Position numbers and translations under genes: made by a program. Of a stretch of DNA of 64,000 nt, positions 49,678-59,351 are shown piece after piece (positions within the stretch are counted from its first letter, which is position 1; each line of letters begins with the position of its first letter). The notes beneath the pieces are model-generated. The model did not search any database. It was not told the origin of the DNA and saw only the letters and a program-made list of their open reading frames with translations. The stretch lies in contig CBDBCF010000001.1 in the NCBI GenBank assembly GCA_965202985.1, forward strand, positions 2,272,001 to 2,336,000, in the 5' to 3' direction. The stretch is from Longimicrobiales bacterium. GTDB taxonomy: Bacteria > Gemmatimonadota > Gemmatimonadetes > Longimicrobiales > Gaopeijiaceae.

Positions 49678-51000
49678 ATGGAAATCAGACGGAAAGAGAC
49701 GACGGACTCCGAGAAACATGTAGCCGACGCCGGGACGTTCGCCGACCTGGGGTTGGACGAACTGCGGCTTGCGGCGGTTGAAGCGCTTGGGTGGACGGCG
49801 CCGACCCCCGTTCAGCAACAGGCGATCCCCTTGGTCAAGGCGGGGCGCGACGTGGTCGGGATTGCCCGCACGGGCACGGGGAAGACGGGCGCGTTCGTGC
49901 TGCCGGCGTTGGAGTCGCTGCGGGCAGGAGCGGGGTTGCAGGTGCTGGTGCTGTGCCCGACGCGAGAGCTTGCCCAACAGGTCTGCGACGACGCGACGGC
50001 GCTGGCCAAGGGCTCGTCGCTGCGGTCGGCGGTCATCTACGGGGGCGTCGGCTACCAGCCTCAACTGGACGCGCTGGCCAGGGGCGACGAGATCGTGGTC
50101 GCCACGCCCGGCCGGCTCATCGACCTGAAGAAGCGCGGCAAGGCCCGGCTCAAGGGCGTAAGCATCTTGGTCCTGGACGAAGCGGACCGGATGCTGGACA
50201 TGGGCTTCCGGCCCCAGATCGAAGAGGTCATGCGCGGCCTGGGCAAGAAGCCCCAGACGCTGTTCTTCTCCGCCACCATGCCCAACGCCGTGCACGACCT
50301 GGCGCTGCGCATGACGCGCGACGCCGCGTGGGTGGAAGTGACGCCGGCCGGCACCAAGCCCAGCGAGATATCCGAGATCGCGTACTCGGTTCGACCCGAA
50401 AAGAAGCCCGGCCTTCTGGCCCACCTGCTGCAACAGCCGGGCTGGGACCAAGTCCTGGTCTTCACGCGCACGAAGGTCGGCGCCGACGCCCTGCGGTCCC
50501 GGCTGGATCGCGCCGGCATCGAGTGCGACACCATCCATTCGGACCGTCAGATGCAGCACCGAACGCGCGCGCTGGACCGCTTTGCCGCCGGCGACGTGCG
50601 CGTGCTGGTGGCCACCGACATCGCGCAGCGCGGGCTGGACATCGACGGCATTTCGCACGTGGTCAACTACGACGTGCCCCTGGATCCGGGCGACTACGTG
50701 CACAGGATAGGGCGCACGGGCCGGGCCGGGGCCACGGGACAGGCGGTCACGTTCGTCACGGCGTCGGACCTGGGCGCGTTCCGCACGCTCGAGTTCCAAC
50801 TGGAGCGGCGCTTGGAGAAGGTGCACCACCCCGAGTTCGACTTTGCCCGGGGGGCCGTCCGCGAGGACGATCCGGCGGCGGCAACCAAGTCGCGGGTCGG
50901 TCGGGGCATGGGCGCCAAGGCCGGGGCCGTCCTGGACGCGGACGAACTGGCGGCGCTGCTCAGCCACGACCCCGTGCCCGCGGGAGCCGGCAAGTCGTGA
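49678..51000 (+). CDS. ATP-dependent DEAD-box RNA helicase (RhlE-like)
   Basis: TGTGKT, PTRELA, TPGR, LDEADRMLDMGF, SAT, HRIGRTGR. Confidence 0.95.
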   Translation: MEIRRKETTDSEKHVADAGTFADLGLDELRLAAVEALGWTAPTPVQQQAIPLVKAGRDVVGIARTGTGKTGAFVLPALESLRAGAGLQVLVLCPTRELAQQVCDDATALAKGSSLRSAVIYGGVGYQPQLDALARGDEIVVATPGRLIDLKKRGKARLKGVSILVLDEADRMLDMGFRPQIEEVMRGLGKKPQTLFFSATMPNAVHDLALRMTRDAAWVEVTPAGTKPSEISEIAYSVRPEKKPGLLAHLLQQPGWDQVLVFTRTKVGADALRSRLDRAGIECDTIHSDRQMQHRTRALDRFAAGDVRVLVATDIAQRGLDIDGISHVVNYDVPLDPGDYVHRIGRTGRAGATGQAVTFVTASDLGAFRTLEFQLERRLEKVHHPEFDFARGAVREDDPAAATKSRVGRGMGAKAGAVLDADELAALLSHDPVPAGAGKS

Positions 51001-51067
51001 CTGCGATGCGTTCCGAGAACGGCGGGCGGGGCGTGCTCCCGAAGCGTTCGGCGGCGGCGAGCGGGCC

Positions 51068-51481
51068 GTGATCCTCAAGCGCTACGGCAAAGCCTACCAC
51101 AGCGTCGAGCCCAACTTCAACCCGGCCGGGATGACCGAGATCGGGTTTCAGCGCGACCGGGCGTTCTCCCTGGCCGTGGACGAGTTCGACGAGGCCTACG
51201 AGCGGCTGACGACGGACGAGTTGCGCGCCGAGGCCGAGGGCCCGGTGCAGCGGGAGGCCGAACAGGCTCTGCTGGGCAAGTTGGAAGAGGCCTTGGCGGG
51301 ACGGCTGGGGACGCTGAGCGACGACCAAGTGCTGGTCGTGACCAACGACGCAGGCGACTGGCCCAGGACCCGCGAGGAGCGCAAGGTGGCCCCGGAGGAC
51401 TTGCATAACGGATTTCACTTTCGGTGGTGGGTCGATCCGCCGCTGAAGGTGGCGATCTACCGGCGGCGGTCGGACGCCTAG
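51068..51481 (+). CDS. Hypothetical protein
   Basis: GTG start, 137 aa (ILKRYGKAYHSVEPNF..EIGFQRD), host-like codon use. Confidence 0.65.
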   Translation: MILKRYGKAYHSVEPNFNPAGMTEIGFQRDRAFSLAVDEFDEAYERLTTDELRAEAEGPVQREAEQALLGKLEEALAGRLGTLSDDQVLVVTNDAGDWPRTREERKVAPEDLHNGFHFRWWVDPPLKVAIYRRRSDA

Positions 51482-51582
51482 CCAGCGCCGGGCCAGCACC
51501 GACGCGCACGAACCCTCCTCCCGCCCAAGCCTCGTCCCGACCGCTCCCGCCGACCGCCCACGCCGACCGCCGCCGACCGCCG

Positions 51583-52800
51583 ATGCTGTCCCTGGAAAGC
51601 GTGCAGGCCGCGTGCAAGCGAATACGGGGCGGCGCGTTGGAGACCGCATGTCCCCGGTCCTTTGCGCTGGAGGCGCGAACGGGGGTTCGCCGGGTTTGGT
51701 TGAAGGCCGAGCATCGGCAGCGCACGGGCTCGTTCAAGGACCGCGGCTCGCTGAACAAGTTGCTGCTGCTGGGAGACGACCTGCGGCGCGGGGTCGTCGC
51801 GGCCAGTGCGGGCAACCACGCCCAGGCGCTGGCGCATCACGCCGCTCGGCTGGGCGTGCCGTGCACGATCGTGATGCCCGAGACCGCGCCGATCATCAAG
51901 GTCGCCAACACCAAGCGGCACGGCGCCCGCGTCTTCCAGATCGGGACCACGCTGTCCGACGGCGCGGCGGAAGTGGAACGACTTGCCGCCGAAGACGGAC
52001 TGGTTCCGGTCCACGCCTTCGACGACCTGGCGGTCATGGCGGGGCAAGGGACGATCGCCCTGGAAATCTTGGAGCAGGTGCCGGACGTGTCCACGATCGT
52101 CGTGCCCGTGGGCGGGGGCGGCATGATCTCGGGGGTCGCCGTGGCCGCCAAGGCGCTGCGCCCGGAGGTGCGCATCGTGGGCGTGGAGGCGGCCGCGTCG
52201 CCGAGCGCCGTCGAGTCGCTCAAGGCCGGAGCGCCCGTTCGCGTGGAAAGCGCCGACACCCTGGCCGACGGAATCGCCGTCAAGCGGATCGGCGAGCTGG
52301 CCTACCCGTTCCTGGAATCGCTGGTGGACGACGTGGTGCTCGTCAGCGAGCGCGAGATTGCCGACGCCGTCTTCTTCCTGCTGGAGCGCGAGAAGGCGGT
52401 GGTGGAGGGGGCGGGGGCCACGCCGGTGGCTGCGCTGTTGGAGGGGAAGGTCGCGGCTTCGGCGTCGCCCGATGAAACGGTCGTGTGCGTGCTGTCGGGC
52501 GGCAACATCGACGTGAACATCATCGCGCGGATCATCGACCGGGGGCTGCGGGACGACGGGCGCCTGGCGCGCCTGCGGGTCCTGGTGCGAGACCGGCCCG
52601 GATCGCTCAACCAACTGACGGCGGTGGTGGCCGGCGAAGGTGCCAACGTGCTGGACATCCACCACGTGCGAGCGTTCGGCGACGTGTCGGTGGGCGAAGT
52701 CAGCATCGAGATCCGCGCCGAGACCAGGGGCCGGGCGCACGCGGCCCGGATCGTGGAGAAGCTGCGCGGGCTGGGGCACAAGGTGGAAGAGGGGCCGTAG
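51583..52800 (+). CDS. ilvA: Threonine ammonia-lyase with C-terminal ACT domain
   Basis: QRTGSFKDRG, ASAGNHAQ, VPVGGGG, EGAG, SGGNID, DRPGSL. Confidence 0.93.
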   Translation: MLSLESVQAACKRIRGGALETACPRSFALEARTGVRRVWLKAEHRQRTGSFKDRGSLNKLLLLGDDLRRGVVAASAGNHAQALAHHAARLGVPCTIVMPETAPIIKVANTKRHGARVFQIGTTLSDGAAEVERLAAEDGLVPVHAFDDLAVMAGQGTIALEILEQVPDVSTIVVPVGGGGMISGVAVAAKALRPEVRIVGVEAAASPSAVESLKAGAPVRVESADTLADGIAVKRIGELAYPFLESLVDDVVLVSEREIADAVFFLLEREKAVVEGAGATPVAALLEGKVAASASPDETVVCVLSGGNIDVNIIARIIDRGLRDDGRLARLRVLVRDRPGSLNQLTAVVAGEGANVLDIHHVRAFGDVSVGEVSIEIRAETRGRAHAARIVEKLRGLGHKVEEGP

Positions 52801-52857
52801 GCAGGCTGCCCGCCGGGCCCCGAGTCCTGCACGTGCGCCCGGCCAATTTGAGCGATC

Positions 52858-52894
52858 TTACCCCATATTAGCGAATTCCGATAAACTGGGGTAA
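52858..52894. promoter_or_regulatory. AT-rich inverted repeat upstream of the AAA ATPase gene
   Basis: TTACCCCA (52858-52865) and TGGGGTAA (52887-52894), 21 nt apart. Confidence 0.45.
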
Positions 52895-52905
52895 CTTCAC
52901 TCAAA

Positions 52906-54063
52906 ATGGACCCGCGAAAGAACCCCTACGCCCCTGGCGCCGGAACGCCTCCGCCCGAGTTGGCGGGCCGCGACCAGCTGCTGGAGCGCGCCGCCATCGG
53001 CTTGGACCGAGTCCGTGCAGGACTCTCGGCCAAGTGCTTGGTGATGGTCGGCCTGCGGGGCGTCGGAAAAACCGTCCTGCTGAATCGAGTCGCAATCGAC
53101 GCCGACGGTCGAGGGTTCTCGACGGTGGTGGTCGAAGCGCCCGAGGGCGGTTCCTTGCCCGCCCTGCTGGCTCCGCCTTTGCGGGCGACGCTCGTCAAGA
53201 TGAGTCGGCGAGCAGCAGCCGGCGAGCTGGCAAGGCGAGCGCTTCGCGCATTGGGCGGCTTCGCGTCGGCGATGGACCTGGACCTGGACACCGAGCCGGG
53301 GGTCGCCGACAGCGGCAACCTGGAGCACGACCTGCTGGACCTTCTGCGGGTGGTCGGGGAAGCGGCGCGCGGGAACAAGACGGCCTTGGCCTTGTTCGTG
53401 GACGAACTCCAGTACTTGGAGCGATCCGAGTTCGGTGCGATGATCACCGCCTTTCACCGGATCGCCCAGATGCAGCTGCCGGTGACTCTCGTGGGCGCCG
53501 GACTGCCGCAGATCGTCGCTCGCGCGGGCAAGGTCAGGTCCTATGCCGAACGCTTGTTTTCCTTTGCCGACGTCGGGCCGCTCGACGAGGGATCGGCCGC
53601 GCAGGCTTTGGAAGCGCCGGCCCAGCCCCATGGCGTGCTGTACGACGGGGCGGCAGTGGACGAAATCATTCAGCGCACTCGCGGGTATCCGTACTTCCTG
53701 CAGGAGTGGGGGAAGCACTGCTGGGAATCGGCGGACTCCTCGCCGGTCACGGTCGCCGACGTGGAGACCGCCACGATCGGCGCGATCGCCGACTTGGACG
53801 CCACCTTCTTCCGAGTCCGCCTGGACCGGCTCGCGCCGGCCGAGAAGCGGTACTTGCGAGCGATGGCGGAACTCGGGCCGGGTCCCCATCGCTCCGGGGA
53901 GATCGCCGAAGCGCTCGGCAAACAGGTCACTTCCGTGGCCCCGACGCGCGCCCAGCTCATCGAAAAAGGCATGATCTACAGCCCGGCCCACGGCGACACG
54001 GCCTTTACCGTTCCGCTCTTCGACGAGTACATGCGACGGACGATGCCGTTCAGCGGGTCATAG
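52906..54063 (+). CDS. AAA_16-type P-loop ATPase with C-terminal winged helix
   Basis: NPYAPGAG.PPPELAGR, GLRGVGKT, FVDELQ, GYPYFLQ, RAQLIEKGMIY..FTVPLF. Confidence 0.88.
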   Translation: MDPRKNPYAPGAGTPPPELAGRDQLLERAAIGLDRVRAGLSAKCLVMVGLRGVGKTVLLNRVAIDADGRGFSTVVVEAPEGGSLPALLAPPLRATLVKMSRRAAAGELARRALRALGGFASAMDLDLDTEPGVADSGNLEHDLLDLLRVVGEAARGNKTALALFVDELQYLERSEFGAMITAFHRIAQMQLPVTLVGAGLPQIVARAGKVRSYAERLFSFADVGPLDEGSAAQALEAPAQPHGVLYDGAAVDEIIQRTRGYPYFLQEWGKHCWESADSSPVTVADVETATIGAIADLDATFFRVRLDRLAPAEKRYLRAMAELGPGPHRSGEIAEALGKQVTSVAPTRAQLIEKGMIYSPAHGDTAFTVPLFDEYMRRTMPFSGS

Positions 54064-54729
54064 TTCCCGAAGGAACTCTCGTACACTGCTGAGCACCCTG
54101 TGGTCGAAGTCCCAAACACCCTGTCGAGCGGAGACGGCAAGGGAGTGGGGCGCCTTCTTCTGAACCGCTATGTATGCGGCTACACGCGCCTTGTCCGGTT
54201 TTGAGGGCGACTCCCCCGTGGCAGTTTCCCTCGCACACTTCATGAAGTTGTCGATGCACTTGGCGATGTCGGAATCCAGCGTTCGGCACAGCAGAGTCTC
54301 AAGCTCGCCCGGGTTCCTGTTGTCGGGCAGGATAAACACGCTGACCGTCAGCGCCATCCGAGCATCTCCTTCGTTCGCCACGGCACGGCGATTAGTCAAG
54401 GACGGAGGTACAGGTAGTCCAGAATCCGCGATCGACGACTGAACGCTCCGGAACGCATTCTCGGCGGAATTGTCGGCATCACGGATTATGCCCAAGCTCT
54501 CCACAGCGTCGAATCCGGTTCGACCCATCAAGGCCTCCAGATACTTGGTGTTCAAGTTGGACTTCCCCTCGTAGCTCTCAACAACGATGTCGTCTATGGT
54601 GAGATTCTCATTGAAACTGTTGAAGAATCTCTCATCTGTTCTTCCTTCCACAAGCAAGAGTTTCTTCGACTTCGATTGCCCAAGTCGACTTCGGCTACGC
54701 AACCTCCTGGAGTTGCCACGGTCACTCAT
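54058..54729 (-). CDS. DUF3226-like TOPRIM-fold protein
   Basis: LLVEGRTD, GIIRDAD, FILPD..GELETL, DKA. ATGA overlap with the ATPase stop. Confidence 0.8.
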   Translation of the reverse strand: MSDRGNSRRLRSRSRLGQSKSKKLLLVEGRTDERFFNSFNENLTIDDIVVESYEGKSNLNTKYLEALMGRTGFDAVESLGIIRDADNSAENAFRSVQSSIADSGLPVPPSLTNRRAVANEGDARMALTVSVFILPDNRNPGELETLLCRTLDSDIAKCIDNFMKCARETATGESPSKPDKARVAAYIAVQKKAPHSLAVSARQGVWDFDHRVLSSVREFLREL

Positions 54730-55784
54730 CGTATCTCGAATCCGTTGGATATCGCCCCATCGACCGCATCCGGGCCAAGCGTCACGCAACGAATCGCCCT
54801 ATCGTCGTCAACCTCCAAGCGGTGTACGGCCAAGTCCTGGCCGTCAATCGCATCGTTGGCCGAACGAAGACACTCGTAGCTGTGAGTTGTGACGAATACT
54901 TGCTTGTCGTACCTATGCGCCGCCTCGCTTATTGCTCGCCAGACGTCGAACATCGATTCGTGGTGGATACCGTTCTCGATTTCGTCGATCACCGCGATGT
55001 TTCCCTGGCCCGTTGACTCCATCATCAGCACCAACCTGAGCACTCGTGCTAGTCCTTGGCCCATCAGACCTAGCGGCACTAGCTTTCCGATTCCGATGTC
55101 GCAGAACAAGTTCGGTACGCCGTGTTCCATCAGGACCTCCGGAGCATCTCTCAATCGAGGTTCAATCTTGCGCAATACATCGACAATATACCCGGTCCGC
55201 CTATCCTTCCTAAGCTCGCTCAGGCGATCAAAGACATGCCCGCTTATCTCTAGGTTGGCGGGTACGAACGCTACCGAGAACGCACTAGGCGGCGGCGTGG
55301 ATTCCTCCTGTCCGGCCAGCTTCAAGCGCTCGTCGTCCAGAAACGTCTGATACCGGAGATAGCGGCCATGTTCCTCCTCCAGACGTACCGCGAGAGCTAC
55401 CCGTGATGGTAGCTTGCCAATCGATTCCGTGGTTGGCCGGTCCGCCATGACTGAAGCATTAGGAGTTTGTTCAACAGCGACCGTGCACTTCCGGATGCCG
55501 AATGTCGATTGTTTCGCCGTTATTTCCATCTCCTTACTGGCATCCAGGTCGCGGAAGAAGGACCGAAGGTAGCTGTCGAACGCGTACTCGTCAGTGGGCA
55601 CCTTCATGCCTCTCCTAAGGTTCAACTGAAACGGCACGTAGGACGCCGCCACCAGCGCAACTGCCTCTACCGCTGCGGATTTTCCGGAGTTGTTCTTCCC
55701 AACGAACAGATTGATCCGCCTCAAGCCTTTGATCGTCAGGTCCTCGAACAGACGGAAATTGCGGATACGCAGTTCAGTGAACAT
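54726..55784 (-). CDS. AAA_15/AAA_21 ABC-type ATPase
   Basis: IRNFRLF, GKNNSGKS, MGQG signature, IDEIENGIH, VTTHSYE. Confidence 0.9.
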   Translation of the reverse strand: MFTELRIRNFRLFEDLTIKGLRRINLFVGKNNSGKSAAVEAVALVAASYVPFQLNLRRGMKVPTDEYAFDSYLRSFFRDLDASKEMEITAKQSTFGIRKCTVAVEQTPNASVMADRPTTESIGKLPSRVALAVRLEEEHGRYLRYQTFLDDERLKLAGQEESTPPPSAFSVAFVPANLEISGHVFDRLSELRKDRRTGYIVDVLRKIEPRLRDAPEVLMEHGVPNLFCDIGIGKLVPLGLMGQGLARVLRLVLMMESTGQGNIAVIDEIENGIHHESMFDVWRAISEAAHRYDKQVFVTTHSYECLRSANDAIDGQDLAVHRLEVDDDRAIRCVTLGPDAVDGAISNGFEIR

Positions 55785-56138
55785 CGCGGTGTCTCCGGTT
55801 GCCGATCATCTGCTTCGAGGGTGTCCCAGAGCGCCATGCCAGCCGCGGGCATGGCCAGAGACGGTATGGACTCAAGTATCACGATCAGCGTCGCGTTCCG
55901 CAAGTGGGACGTTCTTCGAACGGCCGTCGCGGCTGCCGAGGCTCTTCCCGGAGGCGCTCAACCGACGGCTCACCAAAGTCGCGTCGAAAGCCGACAGCCC
56001 GGGCCGAGGCGGCCTCGTCCTTCTTGCTGGTCGGCTCGCTCGTCGTTACGGTTCGGGCAACTTCGCATTTGGCCGCTCCCGAGCGACTGCAACGAGCACC
56101 CGCCTCGAACGCGACACAAGCAACATGATCGAGAACGA

Positions 56139-59100
56139 TTGCCCGACGGAGCCAGCCCGCTGACCGGCCAGCTTCCAACCCTCGCTCCCGGCGCTCGCGT
56201 AGTCGTCCGCGACGCCGAGTGGGTCGTGCGGCGGGTGGACTCGACGCCGGACGGTGGCTCGCAGTTGGTCTGCGACGGCGTCTCCGAGCTCGTCCGGGAG
56301 CGGGAGGCCGTCTTCCTGACGCGGTTGGAGCCGCAGATCGAGGTGCTGGACCCGGCGCGGACGCGGCTGGTGCCGGACGAGTCGCCGCAGTTCGCCGACA
56401 GCCGGTTGTACATGGAGAGCTTGCTGCGCCAGGCGGTGCCCGGCGACGACCGCATTCACGCGGGGCACCTGGGCGCCATGGACTCGGTGGCGTACCAGCT
56501 GGAGCCGGCGCGCCAAGCGTTGCGGCAGCCCCGACAGCGCATCCTTGTTGCGGACGCGGTGGGGCTGGGAAAGACGTTGGAGGCGGGAGTCCTGGTCAGC
56601 GAACTGATTGCGCGCGGCCGGGGTCGGCGGATTCTGGTGCTGGCGTTGAAGAGCATGCTGACGCAGTTCCAACAGGAGTTCTGGAACCGGTTCACGATCC
56701 CGCTCACGCGGCTGGATTCGGTCGGCATCCAGCGCGTCCGGGCGCGGATTCCCACCAGCCACAACCCGTTCCACTACTACGACAAGTCGATCATCTCCAT
56801 CGACACGCTCAAGCAGGACAGAGAGTACCGGACTTACTTGGAGCAGGCGTACTGGGACGTGATCGTCATCGACGAAGCGCACAACGTGGCCGACCGCGGC
56901 ACGGGGTCGCTTCGGAGCCGGCTGGCCCGCTTGCTGGCGCGACGCTCCGACACGCTGATCATGCTGACGGCGACGCCGCACGACGGAAAGGCGCGCAGCT
57001 TCGCCAGCCTCGTGAACATGCTGGACGCCACCGCCATCACCGACCCGGAGAACTATCGGCGCGAAGACTTTCGCGACAAGGGACTGGTGATTCGGCGCTT
57101 CAAGAAGGACATCCGCGCAGACGTGCGCGACGCCTTCAGGGACCGCGAGGTGCATCGCAGCCGGTTCCCCGCTTCCGCCAAGGAGGAACGGGCCTACAAA
57201 GCGCTCTTGGCGGTGAAGGTGGCGAGGGCGGGCGGGGCGCGGACTTCGGCGAGCGGGGGCGCGAACGCCGCTGGCCAAGTCCGTCGCGACCTCTTCTTGG
57301 TCACGCTCGAGAAGGCCCTCTTCTCCAGTCCGGCCGCGTGCCTGGCTTCGGTGGACAAGCGCATTCGGCGGGCGCGACAAGGAGCTGGAGGAAGGGGCGG
57401 CCGACGGGGCCGGTGCGACCCCGCCGCTGCGGTGGCTGCCGAAGTGGCCTCCTTGCGCGCGCTTCGGGAAGCACTGGTCGTCATCGGGCCGGGCGACTAC
57501 GCCAAGTACCAGGCTCTGCTGGACGCGATTCGGGGCGGACGGCCATTCAGGTGGCAGGCCAGAGGCCGGGGGACGGAAGAGGACCGGCTGGTCGTGTTCA
57601 CCGAGCGGATCGAGACGCTGCATTGGCTGCGCCAGCATCTTGCGGAAGACCTTGGGCTCGGCAATGCCCAAGTGGCCATCCTGCACGGGACGATGAGCGA
57701 CGTGGACCAGCAGCGCGTGGTGGAGGACTTCGGCAACGCCAAGCGTCCCGTCCGACTGTTGCTTTGCTCGGACGTCGCTTCCGAAGGCATCAACCTGCAC
57801 TACCACTGCCACCGCTTGATTCACTTCGACATGCCGTGGTCGCTGATGGTCTTTCAGCAGCGCAACGGGCGCGTGGACCGCTACGGACAGAAGCGCCGAC
57901 CTCAGATCGTCTACTTGGTCGCCGAGAGCGCGAACGAGAGGATCCGAGGCGACACGCGCATCCTCGAAATCCTGGAAGCAAAGGACGAGCAGGCGTACAA
58001 GAACATCGGCGACCCGGCAACGTTCATGAACGTCCATGACGTGTCCGCCGAAGAGGAGATCACGGCCAAGGCAATGGCGGAGGGGGAAGAGGCCGACCAC
58101 TTTGACAGCCGTCTCCAGCCCAAGTCGAACGAGGGGGAAGACTTGCTGGCGCTGTTCCTGGGGACGCCGACTGTCGCAGGGACGACGGGCGACGAGGCCC
58201 CTGGCGAGCCTGGATCAAGGCCGGACGCCGCCGAATCGCCGGAGCGGACAATGCGCCGCCCAGCCGAGCAACCAACGGAGCGCGTCCAGCCTGCACCGCC
58301 TCTGTCGCTGTTCGACGACGACTTGGCGTACTGCGAGCAGGCGCTTCACCACCTGCGGAGGCGGAACCCCGCACTGCGCTTCAAGGCGAACGACGACTCG
58401 GGCTCGCTGACGCTCGACGCCCCGGAAGACCTGCTCCACCGATTCGATCCATTCCCTCGGGAGGTGATCCCGCAGGACGGACGCTTTCGCCTGACGACGG
58501 ATCGCGAGCGCATCGGCGAGGCCATCGTCGAGAGCCGTCGCGACGAGCACGCTTGGCCGAAGCTCCACTACCTCTGGCGGCTGAACCCGATAGTCGGTTG
58601 GCTGAACGACCGAATGCTGGCCGCCTTCGGCCGACACCAGGCACCGGTCATGGCCGGAGCGCCGCAGCTGGCCGACGACGAGGCCGTGTTCGTGCTGTCC
58701 GGTGTGGTGCCGAACCGCAAGAGTCATCCGCTGGTGCACGAGTGGGTTGCCGTGACGTTCCGGGATGGGAGGCCCGCCGGGGTCGAGACCTTCCAAGCGC
58801 TGCTGGACCGGACGGGCTTGAAGGAGCGGGCGGGTCCGAACAGGAACCTTCAGCTCGACTTGGAGGCTTTGCAGAAGCTGTTGCCGGGTGCCGTCCAGCG
58901 GGCGAAGGAATGGCTCGACGGGTGCCGGCAGGCGTTCGAGAACCGAATGGACGAGCAGCTCAACCGGGAGCTCGCGGCGCTGGAAGAACTCAAGGCGCGT
59001 CGCATCGAGCAGCTCGCCCTCAAGCTGGAACGGTCGCAGAGAACCGAGGCGTTCAAGGCGCACCAGCGCTCCACCGGCGAGCGGGAGATCAAGCAGATAT

Positions 59101-59189
59101 TCGACGACTATCTGGAGTGGGTCGAGGACACGATGACGCTGGAGCGCCAGCCGTACATCAAGGTCGTTTGCGTGATGGTGGGCGGATGA
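56139..59189 (+). CDS. SNF2/HepA-type helicase (DrmD-like)
   Basis: PGARVVVRDAEW, ADAVGLGKT, IDEAHN, LTATPHDG, SEGINL, FQQRNGRVDRYGQ. Start (TTG 56139 or CTG 56160) uncertain. Confidence 0.88.
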   Translation: MPDGASPLTGQLPTLAPGARVVVRDAEWVVRRVDSTPDGGSQLVCDGVSELVREREAVFLTRLEPQIEVLDPARTRLVPDESPQFADSRLYMESLLRQAVPGDDRIHAGHLGAMDSVAYQLEPARQALRQPRQRILVADAVGLGKTLEAGVLVSELIARGRGRRILVLALKSMLTQFQQEFWNRFTIPLTRLDSVGIQRVRARIPTSHNPFHYYDKSIISIDTLKQDREYRTYLEQAYWDVIVIDEAHNVADRGTGSLRSRLARLLARRSDTLIMLTATPHDGKARSFASLVNMLDATAITDPENYRREDFRDKGLVIRRFKKDIRADVRDAFRDREVHRSRFPASAKEERAYKALLAVKVARAGGARTSASGGANAAGQVRRDLFLVTLEKALFSSPAACLASVDKRIRRARQGAGGRGGRRGRCDPAAAVAAEVASLRALREALVVIGPGDYAKYQALLDAIRGGRPFRWQARGRGTEEDRLVVFTERIETLHWLRQHLAEDLGLGNAQVAILHGTMSDVDQQRVVEDFGNAKRPVRLLLCSDVASEGINLHYHCHRLIHFDMPWSLMVFQQRNGRVDRYGQKRRPQIVYLVAESANERIRGDTRILEILEAKDEQAYKNIGDPATFMNVHDVSAEEEITAKAMAEGEEADHFDSRLQPKSNEGEDLLALFLGTPTVAGTTGDEAPGEPGSRPDAAESPERTMRRPAEQPTERVQPAPPLSLFDDDLAYCEQALHHLRRRNPALRFKANDDSGSLTLDAPEDLLHRFDPFPREVIPQDGRFRLTTDRERIGEAIVESRRDEHAWPKLHYLWRLNPIVGWLNDRMLAAFGRHQAPVMAGAPQLADDEAVFVLSGVVPNRKSHPLVHEWVAVTFRDGRPAGVETFQALLDRTGLKERAGPNRNLQLDLEALQKLLPGAVQRAKEWLDGCRQAFENRMDEQLNRELAALEELKARRIEQLALKLERSQRTEAFKAHQRSTGEREIKQIFDDYLEWVEDTMTLERQPYIKVVCVMVGG

Positions 59190-59351
59190 AGTGTTGACCG
59201 AGCCGGCTCGGCCGAAAGTTAGGCCGATCCAGCTATCCAAACGCCCAGTTTTCGGACGCATCTTGCTTCCGGCCCGGCCATTCCCCCCGGGCCCGGAGCG
59301 CCCCCAAGGCCTCCGCGAACCCGCGAACCTCGCGCCCACAGGAGGCCCCCT

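Noticed and set aside
51536..51582. CCGACCGC short repeats upstream of ilvA as an attenuator
   Set aside because: No leader peptide or terminator visible. Most likely simple slippage repeats.
55467..56138. Long N-terminal extension of the SNF2 helicase ORF
   Set aside because: Overlaps the divergent ATPase gene and has no recognisable domain. The family-like sequence starts near 56139-56190.
59198..59211. Perfect palindrome CCGAGCCGGCTCGG after the helicase stop
   Set aside because: Short, GC-only-rich and without a U-tract, so it could arise by chance at this GC content.
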